Notes: generated by a model from the letters alone, not told the origin. 24,000 nt of DNA from an uncultured Candidatus Saccharibacteria bacterium (GCA_964350935.1 CAYGLL010000012.1:4159-28158); one strand, 5' to 3'; positions 1 through 8,067 are shown, numbered from the stretch's first letter. Translations and numbers: made by a program.

Positions 1-2
1 TT

Positions 3-239
3 TCCGGCATCGGGAAAAAAACTGCGGAAAAGATTGTTCGTGAGCTTAAAGAAAAAGTTGGGGCTGTTGATGGCAAAGAAACCGGAACGGCCCAAGGTGA
101 GCTCGATGCTGTCGAGGCGCTCCAAGCACTCGGCTACTCTCGCGACGAAGCGCGCGAAGCCGTCAAAAAGATCGACTCCTCAATCACCGACGCTGGTGCC
201 CGCGTCAAAGCCGCACTCAAAAATTTAGGGAAGAAATAA
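3..239 (+). CDS. ruvA: Holliday junction DNA helicase subunit RuvA, C-terminal part (5' end lies outside the window)
   Basis: Frame 3 is open from the window edge to TAA 237-239 and reads SGIGKKTAEKIVRELKEKV...ALQALGYSRDEAREAVKKI.... A GIGKKTAE helix-hairpin-helix followed by LGYxxxEAxxAV is the RuvA domain II/III signature. Track ORF 34..228 is a different, K/R/S-rich frame. Confidence 0.8.
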   Translation, partial: SGIGKKTAEKIVRELKEKVGAVDGKETGTAQGELDAVEALQALGYSRDEAREAVKKIDSSITDAGARVKAALKNLGKK

Positions 240-247
240 GACCCATT

Positions 248-280
248 AAAAAAGCCGACCCGTTAGGATCGGCGTTTGTC
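248..280. terminator. Bidirectional intrinsic terminator after ruvA
   Basis: Hairpin GCCGAcc-cgtta-ggaTCGGC (254-273). It is flanked by an A-run on the left (a T-run on the minus strand) and by gTTTg on the right. Confidence 0.6.
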
Positions 281-505
281 ATCGGGACATTGCACGTACC
301 TGTCGCAAAAGCGTGCGGGTTCGCGACCCATCAGGGTCGAGCCTTCTCATGCGAGCGGCGGCTCGTTCCCAACAGGAAGAGTGGTCGGTAACATCGTGAT
401 GCGGATCAGAGCTTGATCCCCCCGCGCGCTCCCGCTTGCGGGAACGATCGAGATGATAGAGATGACTCGAGTAGAGAGCTTCCGGAGCAAGTGTTTTCAT
501 ATCTG
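281..505 (-). ncRNA. Candidate structured non-coding RNA, class unknown
   Basis: A visibly GC-rich block of about 225 nt with many local hairpins read on the minus strand: UCCCG-CAAG-CGGGA, GGAUC-aagcucu-GAUCC, CGACCC-ugau-GGGUCG, GAGC-cgcc-GCUC. On the minus strand it ends at the strong hairpin+UUUUUU at 248-275. The only ORF (279..500, minus) has no RBS and an R/S/D-rich junk-like product. I could not match it to RNase P, tmRNA, SRP or 6S consensus by eye. Confidence 0.25.
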
Positions 506-521
506 AAAATAAGTATACATG

Positions 522-557
522 AAAAAGAAAAAGCCGCTCCCCCTGTGGAGAGCGGCT
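522..557 (-). terminator. Intrinsic terminator of the 568..1098 gene
   Basis: Minus strand reads GCCGCUCUCC-acag-GGGGAGCGGC followed by UUUUUCUUUUUC. Confidence 0.75.
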
Positions 558-567
558 GACTGATCAA

Positions 568-1098
568 TTACTTGTACGGAAACGGGTTGTAACGCTTCCA
601 ATCTTCATCCAGACGAAGAACATCAAGTGCCCGACGCCAGACACGACCTTCGAGGGGGGACAATTCCAACTCACCATGAGACAACACGTGCTCAAACGTG
701 CCGTTTTTCCGAGCACTCTCTGCAAGCTGCTGAATCAGGTCGCGAAGCACTTTTTCGGGAGTGTCTGCGTTAGGATCAACAACCTTGAACCAGCCAGTGC
801 GGTCGCGGAGTGTGTAGAACGCTTCAAAGTTGCCTTTGATGTGCTTACACAACTCATACGCTTCCTCACGGTTGTCTGCGGCTTGAGGTACTGCTGAAAC
901 AATGTACCCCCGGAAAAGAAAGTTTAGACCTGAACCGTCCTCACGTTCATTTCTATTTATCACGACCGTGACTACGACGGAGCTTACCAAGTCCGACACC
1001 ACAAACCGGACCTCGTTACGGTTTTTCGAATCACCGTGGTGTTCGCTTACAATCAAACCGAAGTGATCGGGGCCGTTTTTGACTGTTAGGTGTAGCAT
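568..1098 (-). CDS. Hypothetical protein (176 aa)
   Basis: Long ORF with RBS aaaGGAAtagcgtATG, its own promoter and terminator. No motif recognised. Confidence 0.6.
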   Translation of the reverse strand: MLHLTVKNGPDHFGLIVSEHHGDSKNRNEVRFVVSDLVSSVVVTVVINRNEREDGSGLNFLFRGYIVSAVPQAADNREEAYELCKHIKGNFEAFYTLRDRTGWFKVVDPNADTPEKVLRDLIQQLAESARKNGTFEHVLSHGELELSPLEGRVWRRALDVLRLDEDWKRYNPFPYK

Positions 1099-1206
1099 AC
1101 GCTATTCCTTTCTATGTACTTGCGAGTGAGTTGATGCACCCGCACACATCCTTATACCGCGATTGCGTGCTATGACCTGTCCATACGAACAGGAATTACT
1201 ATATTA

Positions 1207-1235
1207 ATAATATCACAAAAAATATCACTAGTCAA
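1207..1235 (-). promoter_or_regulatory. Sigma70-type promoter for the 568..1098 gene
   Basis: Minus strand TTGACT (1235-1230), 17 nt spacer, TATTAT (1212-1207). The leader is about 100 nt. Confidence 0.55.
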
Positions 1236-1258
1236 TCTCTATAAAACGGCTCAGTACA

Positions 1259-1292
1259 TAGAAAAAGCCGCTCCCCGGGGTGGAGAGCGGCT
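1259..1292 (-). terminator. Intrinsic terminator of the 1306..1719 gene
   Basis: Minus strand GCCGCUCUCC-acccc-GGGGAGCGGC + UUUUUC. The stem is identical to the terminator at 522-557. Confidence 0.75.
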
Positions 1293-1305
1293 GTGAAAGA
1301 ACACG

Positions 1306-1719
1306 TCACTTTTTCGGCTTGGGATGCTCAAATTCCGGATAATCCCAACTTACCGTAAGGAAACCTATCCCAACCCCGGCGACGACAGCATGCCCGCGGT
1401 TCAACCTCATGCGCGGACCGCCAAAGTGCGCAACTGTCTCAGGTGAACGAACAATCATTCGTGGAGTGACCCACTCAGGGCTGACCTGGTTTTTCGGGGT
1501 GTAGAGAGTGAATGCGGCTGAAACATCATGCCGATACGACCCTTTTTCATTATCGTAAGGAACGCAGGATATTGCCCCGCTGAAGACTTCAACCTCCCAA
1601 CGAATGCCGGTCGTCGGATCAACGTGCGTCACCTTAAACGGTATGCCGGAATCGTCGGTTCGCCTTTCCTTGGGATTCGCTGCAACTGTCCAGGTTACTT
1701 TCATAAAACCTTCTTTCAT
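1306..1719 (-). CDS. Hypothetical protein (137 aa)
   Basis: ORF with RBS gaaAGGAAaacATG, its own promoter and terminator. No motif recognised. Confidence 0.6.
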   Translation of the reverse strand: MKEGFMKVTWTVAANPKERRTDDSGIPFKVTHVDPTTGIRWEVEVFSGAISCVPYDNEKGSYRHDVSAAFTLYTPKNQVSPEWVTPRMIVRSPETVAHFGGPRMRLNRGHAVVAGVGIGFLTVSWDYPEFEHPKPKK

Positions 1720-1808
1720 GTTTTCCTTTCAATTCAAGGTTCTCCGTTCACCAGAAATCAAATTTCTGAGTAAATGGCCCTACCACATGGCAGGAATTAC
1801 TGGTGGCT

Positions 1809-1837
1809 ATAATATCACATAATATAAATTATGTCAA
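1809..1837 (-). promoter_or_regulatory. Sigma70-type promoter for the 1306..1719 gene
   Basis: Minus strand TTGACA (1837-1832), 17 nt spacer, TATTAT (1814-1809). It shares gtgaTATTAT and the transcribed AGTAATTCCTG box with the promoter at 1207-1235. Confidence 0.55.
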
Positions 1838-1873
1838 ACACAGCAAAACCACAAAATACGCTATGATTGAGCC

Positions 1874-3154
1874 GTGCTTCGATTAATTAAAAGATTAATA
1901 CCCCGGAAACTCTTTCAATTCGCTCAGCCCGTTTATCACTGGAAATTGGCACTTTTGGGCGCGCTCCTCTACCGCTTCCCTTCTCGACACATCAAGGTGA
2001 TCGCGATAACTGGAACGAAAGGTAAAAGCACGACGGTGGAACTCGTGAACGCGATACTCGAAGCAGCCGGGAAAAAGACTGCGGTTGCCGGAACGATTCG
2101 CTTTAAAATTGGAAACGAAACCCGACCAAACCTTTTCAAGATGACGATGCCTGGCCGATTTTTTATTCAAAAATTCTTGCGTGAAGCGGTTGAGGCGAAA
2201 TGCGATTATGCTGTGATCGAGATGACCTCTGAAGGCGCAAAGCAGTTCCGCCACAAATTCATTGATCTTAATGCTTTAATCTTCCTTAACCTCACTCCTG
2301 AACACATCGAATCCCACGGCTCCTATGAAAAGTATCGCGATGCCAAACTCTCTCTTGCACACGCACTGGCAGAGTCGCCTAAGAAAAATAAAGTGATGGT
2401 GGTAAATGGCGATGATCCCGAGGCTCCGAAATTTATCGAGGCCGCAAAAGGCTCGATACATAAAATATTCTCGATCAAAGACGCGGGTGACCTGAAACTG
2501 CGACCCGAAGGACTTACGCTTCAACTGCAGGGAAAAACTATTACCTCACACCTGCGCGGCCGCTTTAATGCGTACAATATTCTTTCAGCGGCTACGTTTG
2601 CACTCGCGTATGGAATTTCCATCGATGCCATCCGCGACGGTATTCAAACACTTAAAGAAGTACGCGGCCGCGTTGAAGGGATAAAAGTTCTCCCTAATCA
2701 ACCGTTTGAGGTAATCGTCGACTACGCGCACACACCCGATTCATTGACCAAACTCTATGAAGCATTTCCCAACAATAAGAAAATCTGTGTTCTCGGAAAC
2801 ACGGGTGGCGGGCGTGACGCGTGGAAACGCCCCGTGATGGCCTCGATCGCCGAAAAATTTTGTGACACCGTAATTCTCACGAACGAAGATCCTTACGACG
2901 AAGATCCTCGAAAGATTGTCGACGACATGGAAGCAGGAATGAAAAATAAAAAACCGCTAATTATTATGGATCGCGGGGAGGCAATTCATACAGCTATCAA
3001 AAAAGCATCTGCAGGTGACGTGATACTCATTTCCGGTAAAGGCACTGACCCGTGCATCATGGGCCCCAACGGAACAAAAATTCCCTGGGACGATGCAACT
3101 GTCGTACGAGAAGAACTCAAAAAAATGTTTGACAAAAAACCAAACGAAGACTAA
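1874..3154 (+). CDS. murE: Mur ligase, most likely UDP-N-acetylmuramoyl-L-alanyl-D-glutamate--2,6-diaminopimelate (or L-lysine) ligase
   Basis: ITGTKGKSTT P-loop, central NGDD, and the DYAHTPDSL motif typical of MurE. GTG start; 426 aa. Confidence 0.75.
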   Translation: MLRLIKRLIPRKLFQFAQPVYHWKLALLGALLYRFPSRHIKVIAITGTKGKSTTVELVNAILEAAGKKTAVAGTIRFKIGNETRPNLFKMTMPGRFFIQKFLREAVEAKCDYAVIEMTSEGAKQFRHKFIDLNALIFLNLTPEHIESHGSYEKYRDAKLSLAHALAESPKKNKVMVVNGDDPEAPKFIEAAKGSIHKIFSIKDAGDLKLRPEGLTLQLQGKTITSHLRGRFNAYNILSAATFALAYGISIDAIRDGIQTLKEVRGRVEGIKVLPNQPFEVIVDYAHTPDSLTKLYEAFPNNKKICVLGNTGGGRDAWKRPVMASIAEKFCDTVILTNEDPYDEDPRKIVDDMEAGMKNKKPLIIMDRGEAIHTAIKKASAGDVILISGKGTDPCIMGPNGTKIPWDDATVVREELKKMFDKKPNED

Positions 3155-3184
3155 TCTCGAAACAGAACAACAAAGGAAAAACTT

Positions 3185-3688
3185 ATGAGCGATGGTATGT
3201 CTGATGGTTACCGAGCCGCTGAAGATGCAGCAGCGCGGCGCGCTGGGATTGAACAATTTCTTATCTTTCTCGATGGAAATCCAACACAGGCTCCTCAAGG
3301 AACTGAGTTGCACCGGCTCCGGGGAATATTTCCTGACGCGGTTTTCGCGAATGTCCCTGCTATGACTGACGGAAAAGAGGAAGAGAGGCTGTGTGAAGAG
3401 CGGCGGGTGGCTTTTCTCGAAAAAATTATCCGGGCCGATGTTGGTTCGTGGAAATTACTCCTCGATGACCTCGGCTGCGATTCCGATTCATGGCGGCTCT
3501 TGGGTGAAGTTCTTGCCCGATCACCGTTCAAAAATCACCTCTTAGCACGCGTAAACACTGGCGGAGCAACCGACCGCCTCGAAATTCTCGATGTAGGACA
3601 GACACTCAATGATACCGGCACACCGAAAGAAGCCCACTTCGTTCTTATTCCAAAACCCGAATCGTTGATTGTGGTCAGCCGCACATAA
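3185..3688 (+). CDS. Hypothetical protein (167 aa)
   Basis: ORF with RBS aAAGGAAaaacttATG and a terminator overlapping its stop codon. No motif recognised. Confidence 0.5.
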   Translation: MSDGMSDGYRAAEDAAARRAGIEQFLIFLDGNPTQAPQGTELHRLRGIFPDAVFANVPAMTDGKEEERLCEERRVAFLEKIIRADVGSWKLLLDDLGCDSDSWRLLGEVLARSPFKNHLLARVNTGGATDRLEILDVGQTLNDTGTPKEAHFVLIPKPESLIVVSRT

Positions 3689-3701
3689 TGTGCGGCTTTT
3701 T
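3678..3701 (+). terminator. Intrinsic terminator
   Basis: GCCGCACA-taa-TGTGCGGC followed by TTTTT. Confidence 0.7.
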
Positions 3702-3713
3702 AAATACCGATGA

Positions 3714-4937
3714 TTAGTAACCGAATAGTTCGTTTAATTTTTTTCTGGTTTCAGGCCCTACAGTGCCACGCTCGGAAATACCTTCCTTTTCCTGAAATTT
3801 TTTAAGCGACACCTCGGTACAGGGACCGAAATAACCGTTTACCGGGCAGTCATTCTTAGTAAGTCCAGCGGGTGGATACAGTTTTGAAAAAACTAAGGCA
3901 CTTTGAAGCGCTAGTACCGCTTCCCGGTTAGTCGCATTTTTAGTCAGCGTATCGTTCCACTCATACGGCAAGAAGAGTGTGCTAAACGCCGCACCTGATC
4001 GATGACCAAAAAAAGAACTGAAACCTAAGTATGTTTTATACGCGAGCTCCTGAATCATGTGTGCGCGAATTTCTTTATCCTGAAACTGCGGCTCATAGAC
4101 ATAACCGTATTCAATCAACACACTCGCTGCATCAGCGGTGTTATATGATCCGAGCGCAATCAACTCCTGATCTTCAACCAAGCCTTTGCTCTCTTTCGGC
4201 AGGTTGCTCACAGCGCCATACTCGCGAAGTTTTTCAAACACGGATTTTCCCAGAGCCAGACTTGCCTTCGCGTTTGAATACTGGCTTTCAGGAATATAAA
4301 CGGCGAGGCCGGAGTACTTACCCGCTTTTCCGGCACGACGTCCGCCATAATCATTGAAGTGAATATGCACCACGACATCAATACCACGTTCATTGACCCA
4401 TTGATTAATCGCATAGAGTCGGAGTGCTTTGTCGTAGCTCACCGCATTATGATCAACACCTGCAAACGGCTGAACTAAACCTTTGTCGATCAAACTGATC
4501 ATGGTCTGCTTCTTTGAGGTGACAAAGCGTTCGAGTGAGGATCGGTTTTGATTAAAGTAATTGAGGAAATCTTGGTTGTAACCATTCTCATTACGAAGAA
4601 GGATTACCTCAAACTCATCGTCGTCATTAAAATAGTCGGCGAGCTTAAGACCAACTTCCCTGGTGAGGTCTGCTTCGCGCACACCCTTAAACACCGCGCC
4701 GGGCGAAGCATCATCGTGACCGGGAACAATTAACACACCTACTTTTCCCTTCCCTTCTTTAGCCGCCTTGAAATTGTGCTGGAGACCATCAACCGTAACG
4801 CTGTCAATGAAAAAAACCGATGCAAGAAATTGGCGCGGGGAAAATCCAAAACCTGAAAACGAAATCGCAGCCACAGTCACCAACACCAGAAACAAGAGAA
4901 GGGCAAACAGCTCGGCTTTGTTTTTCATGAACGGCAT
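3714..4937 (-). CDS. N-acetylmuramoyl-L-alanine amidase (Amidase_3-like) with C-terminal peptidoglycan-binding domain
   Basis: N-terminal signal/TM segment (ELFALLLFLVLVTVAAI). VLIVPGHDDASPGA and VVVHIHFND zinc-amidase-like motifs. The C-terminus (AVLALQSAL...GYFGPCTEVSLKKFQEKEGI...GTVGPETRKKLNELF) resembles PG_binding_1. Confidence 0.65.
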   Translation of the reverse strand: MPFMKNKAELFALLLFLVLVTVAAISFSGFGFSPRQFLASVFFIDSVTVDGLQHNFKAAKEGKGKVGVLIVPGHDDASPGAVFKGVREADLTREVGLKLADYFNDDDEFEVILLRNENGYNQDFLNYFNQNRSSLERFVTSKKQTMISLIDKGLVQPFAGVDHNAVSYDKALRLYAINQWVNERGIDVVVHIHFNDYGGRRAGKAGKYSGLAVYIPESQYSNAKASLALGKSVFEKLREYGAVSNLPKESKGLVEDQELIALGSYNTADAASVLIEYGYVYEPQFQDKEIRAHMIQELAYKTYLGFSSFFGHRSGAAFSTLFLPYEWNDTLTKNATNREAVLALQSALVFSKLYPPAGLTKNDCPVNGYFGPCTEVSLKKFQEKEGISERGTVGPETRKKLNELFGY

Positions 4938-5060
4938 AGCGTGTCTCTAGTATATGACGAAGACCGCACAAGTCGAAATGGAACGGCGAAATTAAAACCT
5001 GCGTTGCTCGTGTAACTATTTTTACACTATCGAGATGGACGAGCATGCTATAGTTATTTT

Positions 5061-6140
5061 ATGGACTTCAAGAAATACTGGCCCTACCTCATCCTTGTAC
5101 TTGGTGCTATTTTTTCTATCGTCATTGCCTTCATCTCCATACAAAACCTGCGCGATCCGGACGAAACGGCAACTTCAACCGAAGCAGTAGCAACTTCAAG
5201 TGTCGTGGTGGCACCGGCTGCACCGCAACAAGAATCGAAATTTATGCAGACCTTGCGCAACCTCTTTACGTTTAGAAATCTTGCACCGCCATTACCCGCA
5301 ACACGAACGGCTCCTCCAAACTCATCAGGCACCTATTACACATCGCCTACCAATACAACAGGAAACCAAAACACCCCTGCAGTTCCTCCTGAGCCCTCCA
5401 CCCGACCGTCACAATACAACTACACATTTGCGCCAGCGGAGGTACCTCCGACACCGCGCGCGCAGTATCCGCAACCTGCCGACGTCGTGCGCCTTAACCA
5501 TTTTGTTTCAACCGGAAACGGAAACCCTAACTATGAGTACGTAATCCTTACCGCACCGCAGACAAACCAGAAGCCTTTGGTCATCACCGGCATGAAATTA
5601 CGAAGCGCAGTCACGGGAAATAGCGCGGTTATTGGAAATGGAGTAACTCCGTTTCTCGAAGGCCAGCAAAACAGCGAAGGAGCGATAGCACTTAAACCGG
5701 GGAGCGTTGCCTACATCTTCACCGGGCGATCACCCTTGAGCTATTCATTCCAGCTCAACAAATGTATGGGCTTCCTTAATCAGTTTTATGCATTCACACC
5801 AGGTATTTCGACATACTGCCCCCTCATTCAAAGCCATCAGTTGCCTAAATTTCCAAACAATTTTGACGACAACTGTCTGGACTACCTGAGCCGGCTGGGC
5901 CAGTGCTACGATCATGCGGTACAACCATTTCCCAGCTACATCAAACCCGAATGCCAAAGTTTTATTCTTGAGAGAAATAATTACCGCTACTGCGTTTCTC
6001 ACCACCGCTCAGACAGCGACTTTGAAATACGAGACTGGCGCATCTATTTAAACCGCAGCCAGGTGTTGTGGAAAACGTATCGTGAACACATCGAGCTTTA
6101 CGATCAAAACGGTAAGCTCGTTGACGGGTTCACCTACTAA
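5061..6140 (+). CDS. Hypothetical membrane-anchored/secreted protein with a Pro/Thr-rich linker and a Cys-containing C-terminal domain
   Basis: N-terminal TM helix (YLILVLGAIFSIVIAFISI), about 100 aa of P/T/A/S-rich low complexity, then a domain with several cysteines. No family recognised. Confidence 0.55.
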   Translation: MDFKKYWPYLILVLGAIFSIVIAFISIQNLRDPDETATSTEAVATSSVVVAPAAPQQESKFMQTLRNLFTFRNLAPPLPATRTAPPNSSGTYYTSPTNTTGNQNTPAVPPEPSTRPSQYNYTFAPAEVPPTPRAQYPQPADVVRLNHFVSTGNGNPNYEYVILTAPQTNQKPLVITGMKLRSAVTGNSAVIGNGVTPFLEGQQNSEGAIALKPGSVAYIFTGRSPLSYSFQLNKCMGFLNQFYAFTPGISTYCPLIQSHQLPKFPNNFDDNCLDYLSRLGQCYDHAVQPFPSYIKPECQSFILERNNYRYCVSHHRSDSDFEIRDWRIYLNRSQVLWKTYREHIELYDQNGKLVDGFTY

Positions 6141-6628
6141 TTCGCTCCTCGATTTTTAAGTGCGAACGCGACAACGCCAAACGCCACACTCACGTTCAGT
6201 GATTCTTTGTTGCCGTGCATTGGAATTTCCACAACATCATCACATTTTTGGAGTACCGCTTTTTCCAAACCGGTGACCTCGTTGCCAAGAACAAGTGCAA
6301 CGTGGTGCGGAGGCTTATATGAAAAATATGGAATAGATTTTTTGGACTGTTCAATAGCGGCGATCACATAGCCTTCTGTCTTAAGTTTTTGGGCGACCGC
6401 TTTAAATGTGCGCTCATGCTCCCACGGAATGCTCTGCTCGGCACCAAGCGCGGTCTTCGCAATCTCTTTGACCGGCCGGTTAAAGCGATCGAGGGGTGCT
6501 GGGGTGTAACCCGTAAGATAAATCTTTGAAACGCCAACAGCATCAGCTGTCCGGAAAATCGAACCGACATTGTGTGCGCTGCGAACATCGTGAACGATGA
6601 CGACATACTCGCTGATTTTTTTCTTCAT
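6137..6628 (-). CDS. SpoU/TrmH-family RNA 2'-O-methyltransferase
   Basis: VIVHDVRSAHNVGSIFRTADAVGV, LVLGNEVTGL and IPMHGNKESLNVSVAFGV are the three SpoU (SPOUT) motifs. Confidence 0.75.
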   Translation of the reverse strand: MKKKISEYVVIVHDVRSAHNVGSIFRTADAVGVSKIYLTGYTPAPLDRFNRPVKEIAKTALGAEQSIPWEHERTFKAVAQKLKTEGYVIAAIEQSKKSIPYFSYKPPHHVALVLGNEVTGLEKAVLQKCDDVVEIPMHGNKESLNVSVAFGVVAFALKNRGAN

Positions 6629-6667
6629 AGAGACGTTGTACCATTCTTTGCCGCTTGGTGAAAGTGT

Positions 6668-7090
6668 GTGTACAATTGGGCCATGCCCCTCAACCCCTTC
6701 CCTAATTTTCTCTCCTACGCTTTTTTTGCGCCGTTTCTTCTTCGTGTACTTCTTGCGCTCATCTTTATTGAGTTTGGCTACAGCAAACTAACCACTGATA
6801 AAAAGACTAAAATCGCCTTTTTTGAAAAAATTGGTCTGCGTCCAGGAACATTCTTTACCTATCTCTTTGCTTTCATCGAACTTGTGGTCGGTGTAATGCT
6901 TCTTGCCGGATTTTATACTCAGATTGCTGCACTCGTTGCACTGTCAATCCTTGCCGGCACACTCTCAATCAAACAAAAATATCCTACGCTCCTTAAAAGT
7001 GAAGCGCGCTACTATTTTTTACTCTTTGTCATTGCACTTACCCTCCTGTTTACCGGCGCCGGAGCGTATTCCCTGGATATCCCGCTCTAA
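6668..7090 (+). CDS. DoxX-family integral membrane protein
   Basis: Four predicted TM helices and an N-terminal LLRVLLALIFIEFGYSKL motif typical of DoxX. The start is uncertain (GTG 6668 or ATG 6683). Confidence 0.5.
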   Translation: MYNWAMPLNPFPNFLSYAFFAPFLLRVLLALIFIEFGYSKLTTDKKTKIAFFEKIGLRPGTFFTYLFAFIELVVGVMLLAGFYTQIAALVALSILAGTLSIKQKYPTLLKSEARYYFLLFVIALTLLFTGAGAYSLDIPL

Positions 7091-7149
7091 TTGCGGTTCA
7101 AAAATTTTGTGTTATTATCGTTTGAGCCGGGAAACCGGCTGAATTTTTT

Positions 7150-7222
7150 CCGCCCATAGCTCAGGTGGTAGAGCACCTGCCTTTTAAGCAGAGGGTCGTA
7201 GGTTCGAGTCCTACTGGGCGGA
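7150..7222 (+). tRNA. tRNA-Lys (anticodon UUU)
   Basis: Cloverleaf by hand. Acceptor CCGCCCA/TGGGCGG, D arm GCTC-AGGTGGTA-GAGC, anticodon arm CCTGC-CTTTTAA-GCAGA (27:43 C.A mismatch), variable GGGTC, T arm GTAGG-TTCGAGT-CCTAC, discriminator A. No encoded CCA. Confidence 0.85.
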
Positions 7223-7433
7223 CTAGCGAGAAAAATCTAAACAGTTTTAGATTTTTCGAGACTTGTCCGAAACGGAGGTATGTTTTGCGAGCACGCAAAA
7301 CAGCCGAGTTGTGGTCAGAGAAGTTTGTGAGCGACGGCGAACAAACTATCTGTGACGACAAGTTTTTTGGTACTGGTCGTGTAACGACCGAGGCTCCCAC
7401 TGGTTTGCGACAAAAGACTTAGTAACTTGTGAC

Positions 7434-7446
7434 CGAGTCCTACTGG
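7434..7446 (+). repeat. Direct repeat of the tRNA-Lys 3' end (CGAGTCCTACTGG)
   Basis: Exact 13-nt copy of tRNA positions 7206-7218 (T-loop/T-stem/acceptor), starting 212 bp downstream of the gene end (7222). Confidence 0.6.
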
Positions 7447-7560
7447 CTTTTGCGACGGCACGACGAGAGGCGAAGGAGAAACTCCTAACTTGTCGGATGC
7501 GAAATTAATCGTAAAAATTCTGGAGGTCTACTAAATGCAAAACCTCTGATTAATTTAGAT

Positions 7561-7983
7561 CTAAATCGCGCAGCGATTACACGTTCCGAAAAACTCGAGT
7601 GCGTGCGTTTTAATTGAGTTAAATCGTTTAGATTTCTTGAGAGCGTCAGCCTCGATTCTTTGGGTATCACAATTTTCAATGTCTTCAATCGTGCCGCACT
7701 TTTCACAAACGACGTGATGGTGGTGATGAGAATCATTAACAATTTCATAGTGCGTATATGAATACTGAAGATCGATCTTCTTGACCAAGCCAATAGTCAC
7801 AAGGGCATGAAGAGCCCGATAGACATTAACTTTATCCAATACACCCTTCAGCTTTTTCACAATGTCTTCCACGCCCATTGGTTTTCCACTTTTCCCTAAC
7901 ACTTCCAGGAGAGCAACTCGCCCAGGTGTTACTCTGAGGCCATGCACGCGGAGAGAAGTTTGGAATGCACCGTGTGTTTTCAT
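7561..7983 (-). CDS. Fur-family metal-responsive transcriptional regulator (Fur/Zur/PerR type)
   Basis: Winged-helix N-terminus (LRVTPGRVALLEVL...), HHHHHVVCEKCG and C-terminal CNRC metal-site motifs. I prefer the ATG at 7983 (MKTHGAF...) over the track's TTG start at 8007, which lies in the promoter/operator. Confidence 0.8.
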   Translation of the reverse strand: MKTHGAFQTSLRVHGLRVTPGRVALLEVLGKSGKPMGVEDIVKKLKGVLDKVNVYRALHALVTIGLVKKIDLQYSYTHYEIVNDSHHHHHVVCEKCGTIEDIENCDTQRIEADALKKSKRFNSIKTHALEFFGTCNRCAI

Positions 7984-7997
7984 ACTTAGAGCATAGT

Positions 7998-8016
7998 ATA
8001 AACGCAATTTACTTGC
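7998..8016. promoter_or_regulatory. Candidate operator 1 (ATAAAC-GCAA-N5-TTGC)
   Basis: Inverted repeat GCAA(8004-8007)-tttac-TTGC(8013-8016), preceded by ATAAAC, in the divergent regulator/ATPase intergenic region. Confidence 0.45.
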
Positions 8017-8042
8017 AATTATATCTAACCAAGGGTACTATC

Positions 8043-8061
8043 ATAAACGCAACTAGATTGC
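8043..8061. promoter_or_regulatory. Candidate operator 2 (ATAAAC-GCAA-N5-TTGC)
   Basis: Second copy: ATAAAC-GCAA(8049-8052)-ctaga-TTGC(8058-8061), 45 bp from operator 1 and just upstream of ATG 8068. Confidence 0.45.
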
Positions 8062-8067
8062 ATTTAA

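Noticed and set aside
34-228. Track ORF (64 aa, + strand frame 1) at the window start
   Set aside because: The product is low-complexity and K/R/S-rich. Frame 3 over the same bases gives a clean RuvA C-terminus (HhH motif plus domain III), so frame 1 is spurious.
279-500. Track ORF (73 aa, minus strand) in the GC-rich block
   Set aside because: It has no RBS and a junk-like R/S/D-rich product, and the region is packed with hairpins. I treat it as a non-coding RNA candidate instead.
7161-7422. Track ORFs (79 aa minus, 85 aa plus) overlapping tRNA-Lys and its downstream spacer
   Set aside because: They overlap a well-formed tRNA and a repeat- and hairpin-rich spacer, and have no RBS. I consider them non-coding.
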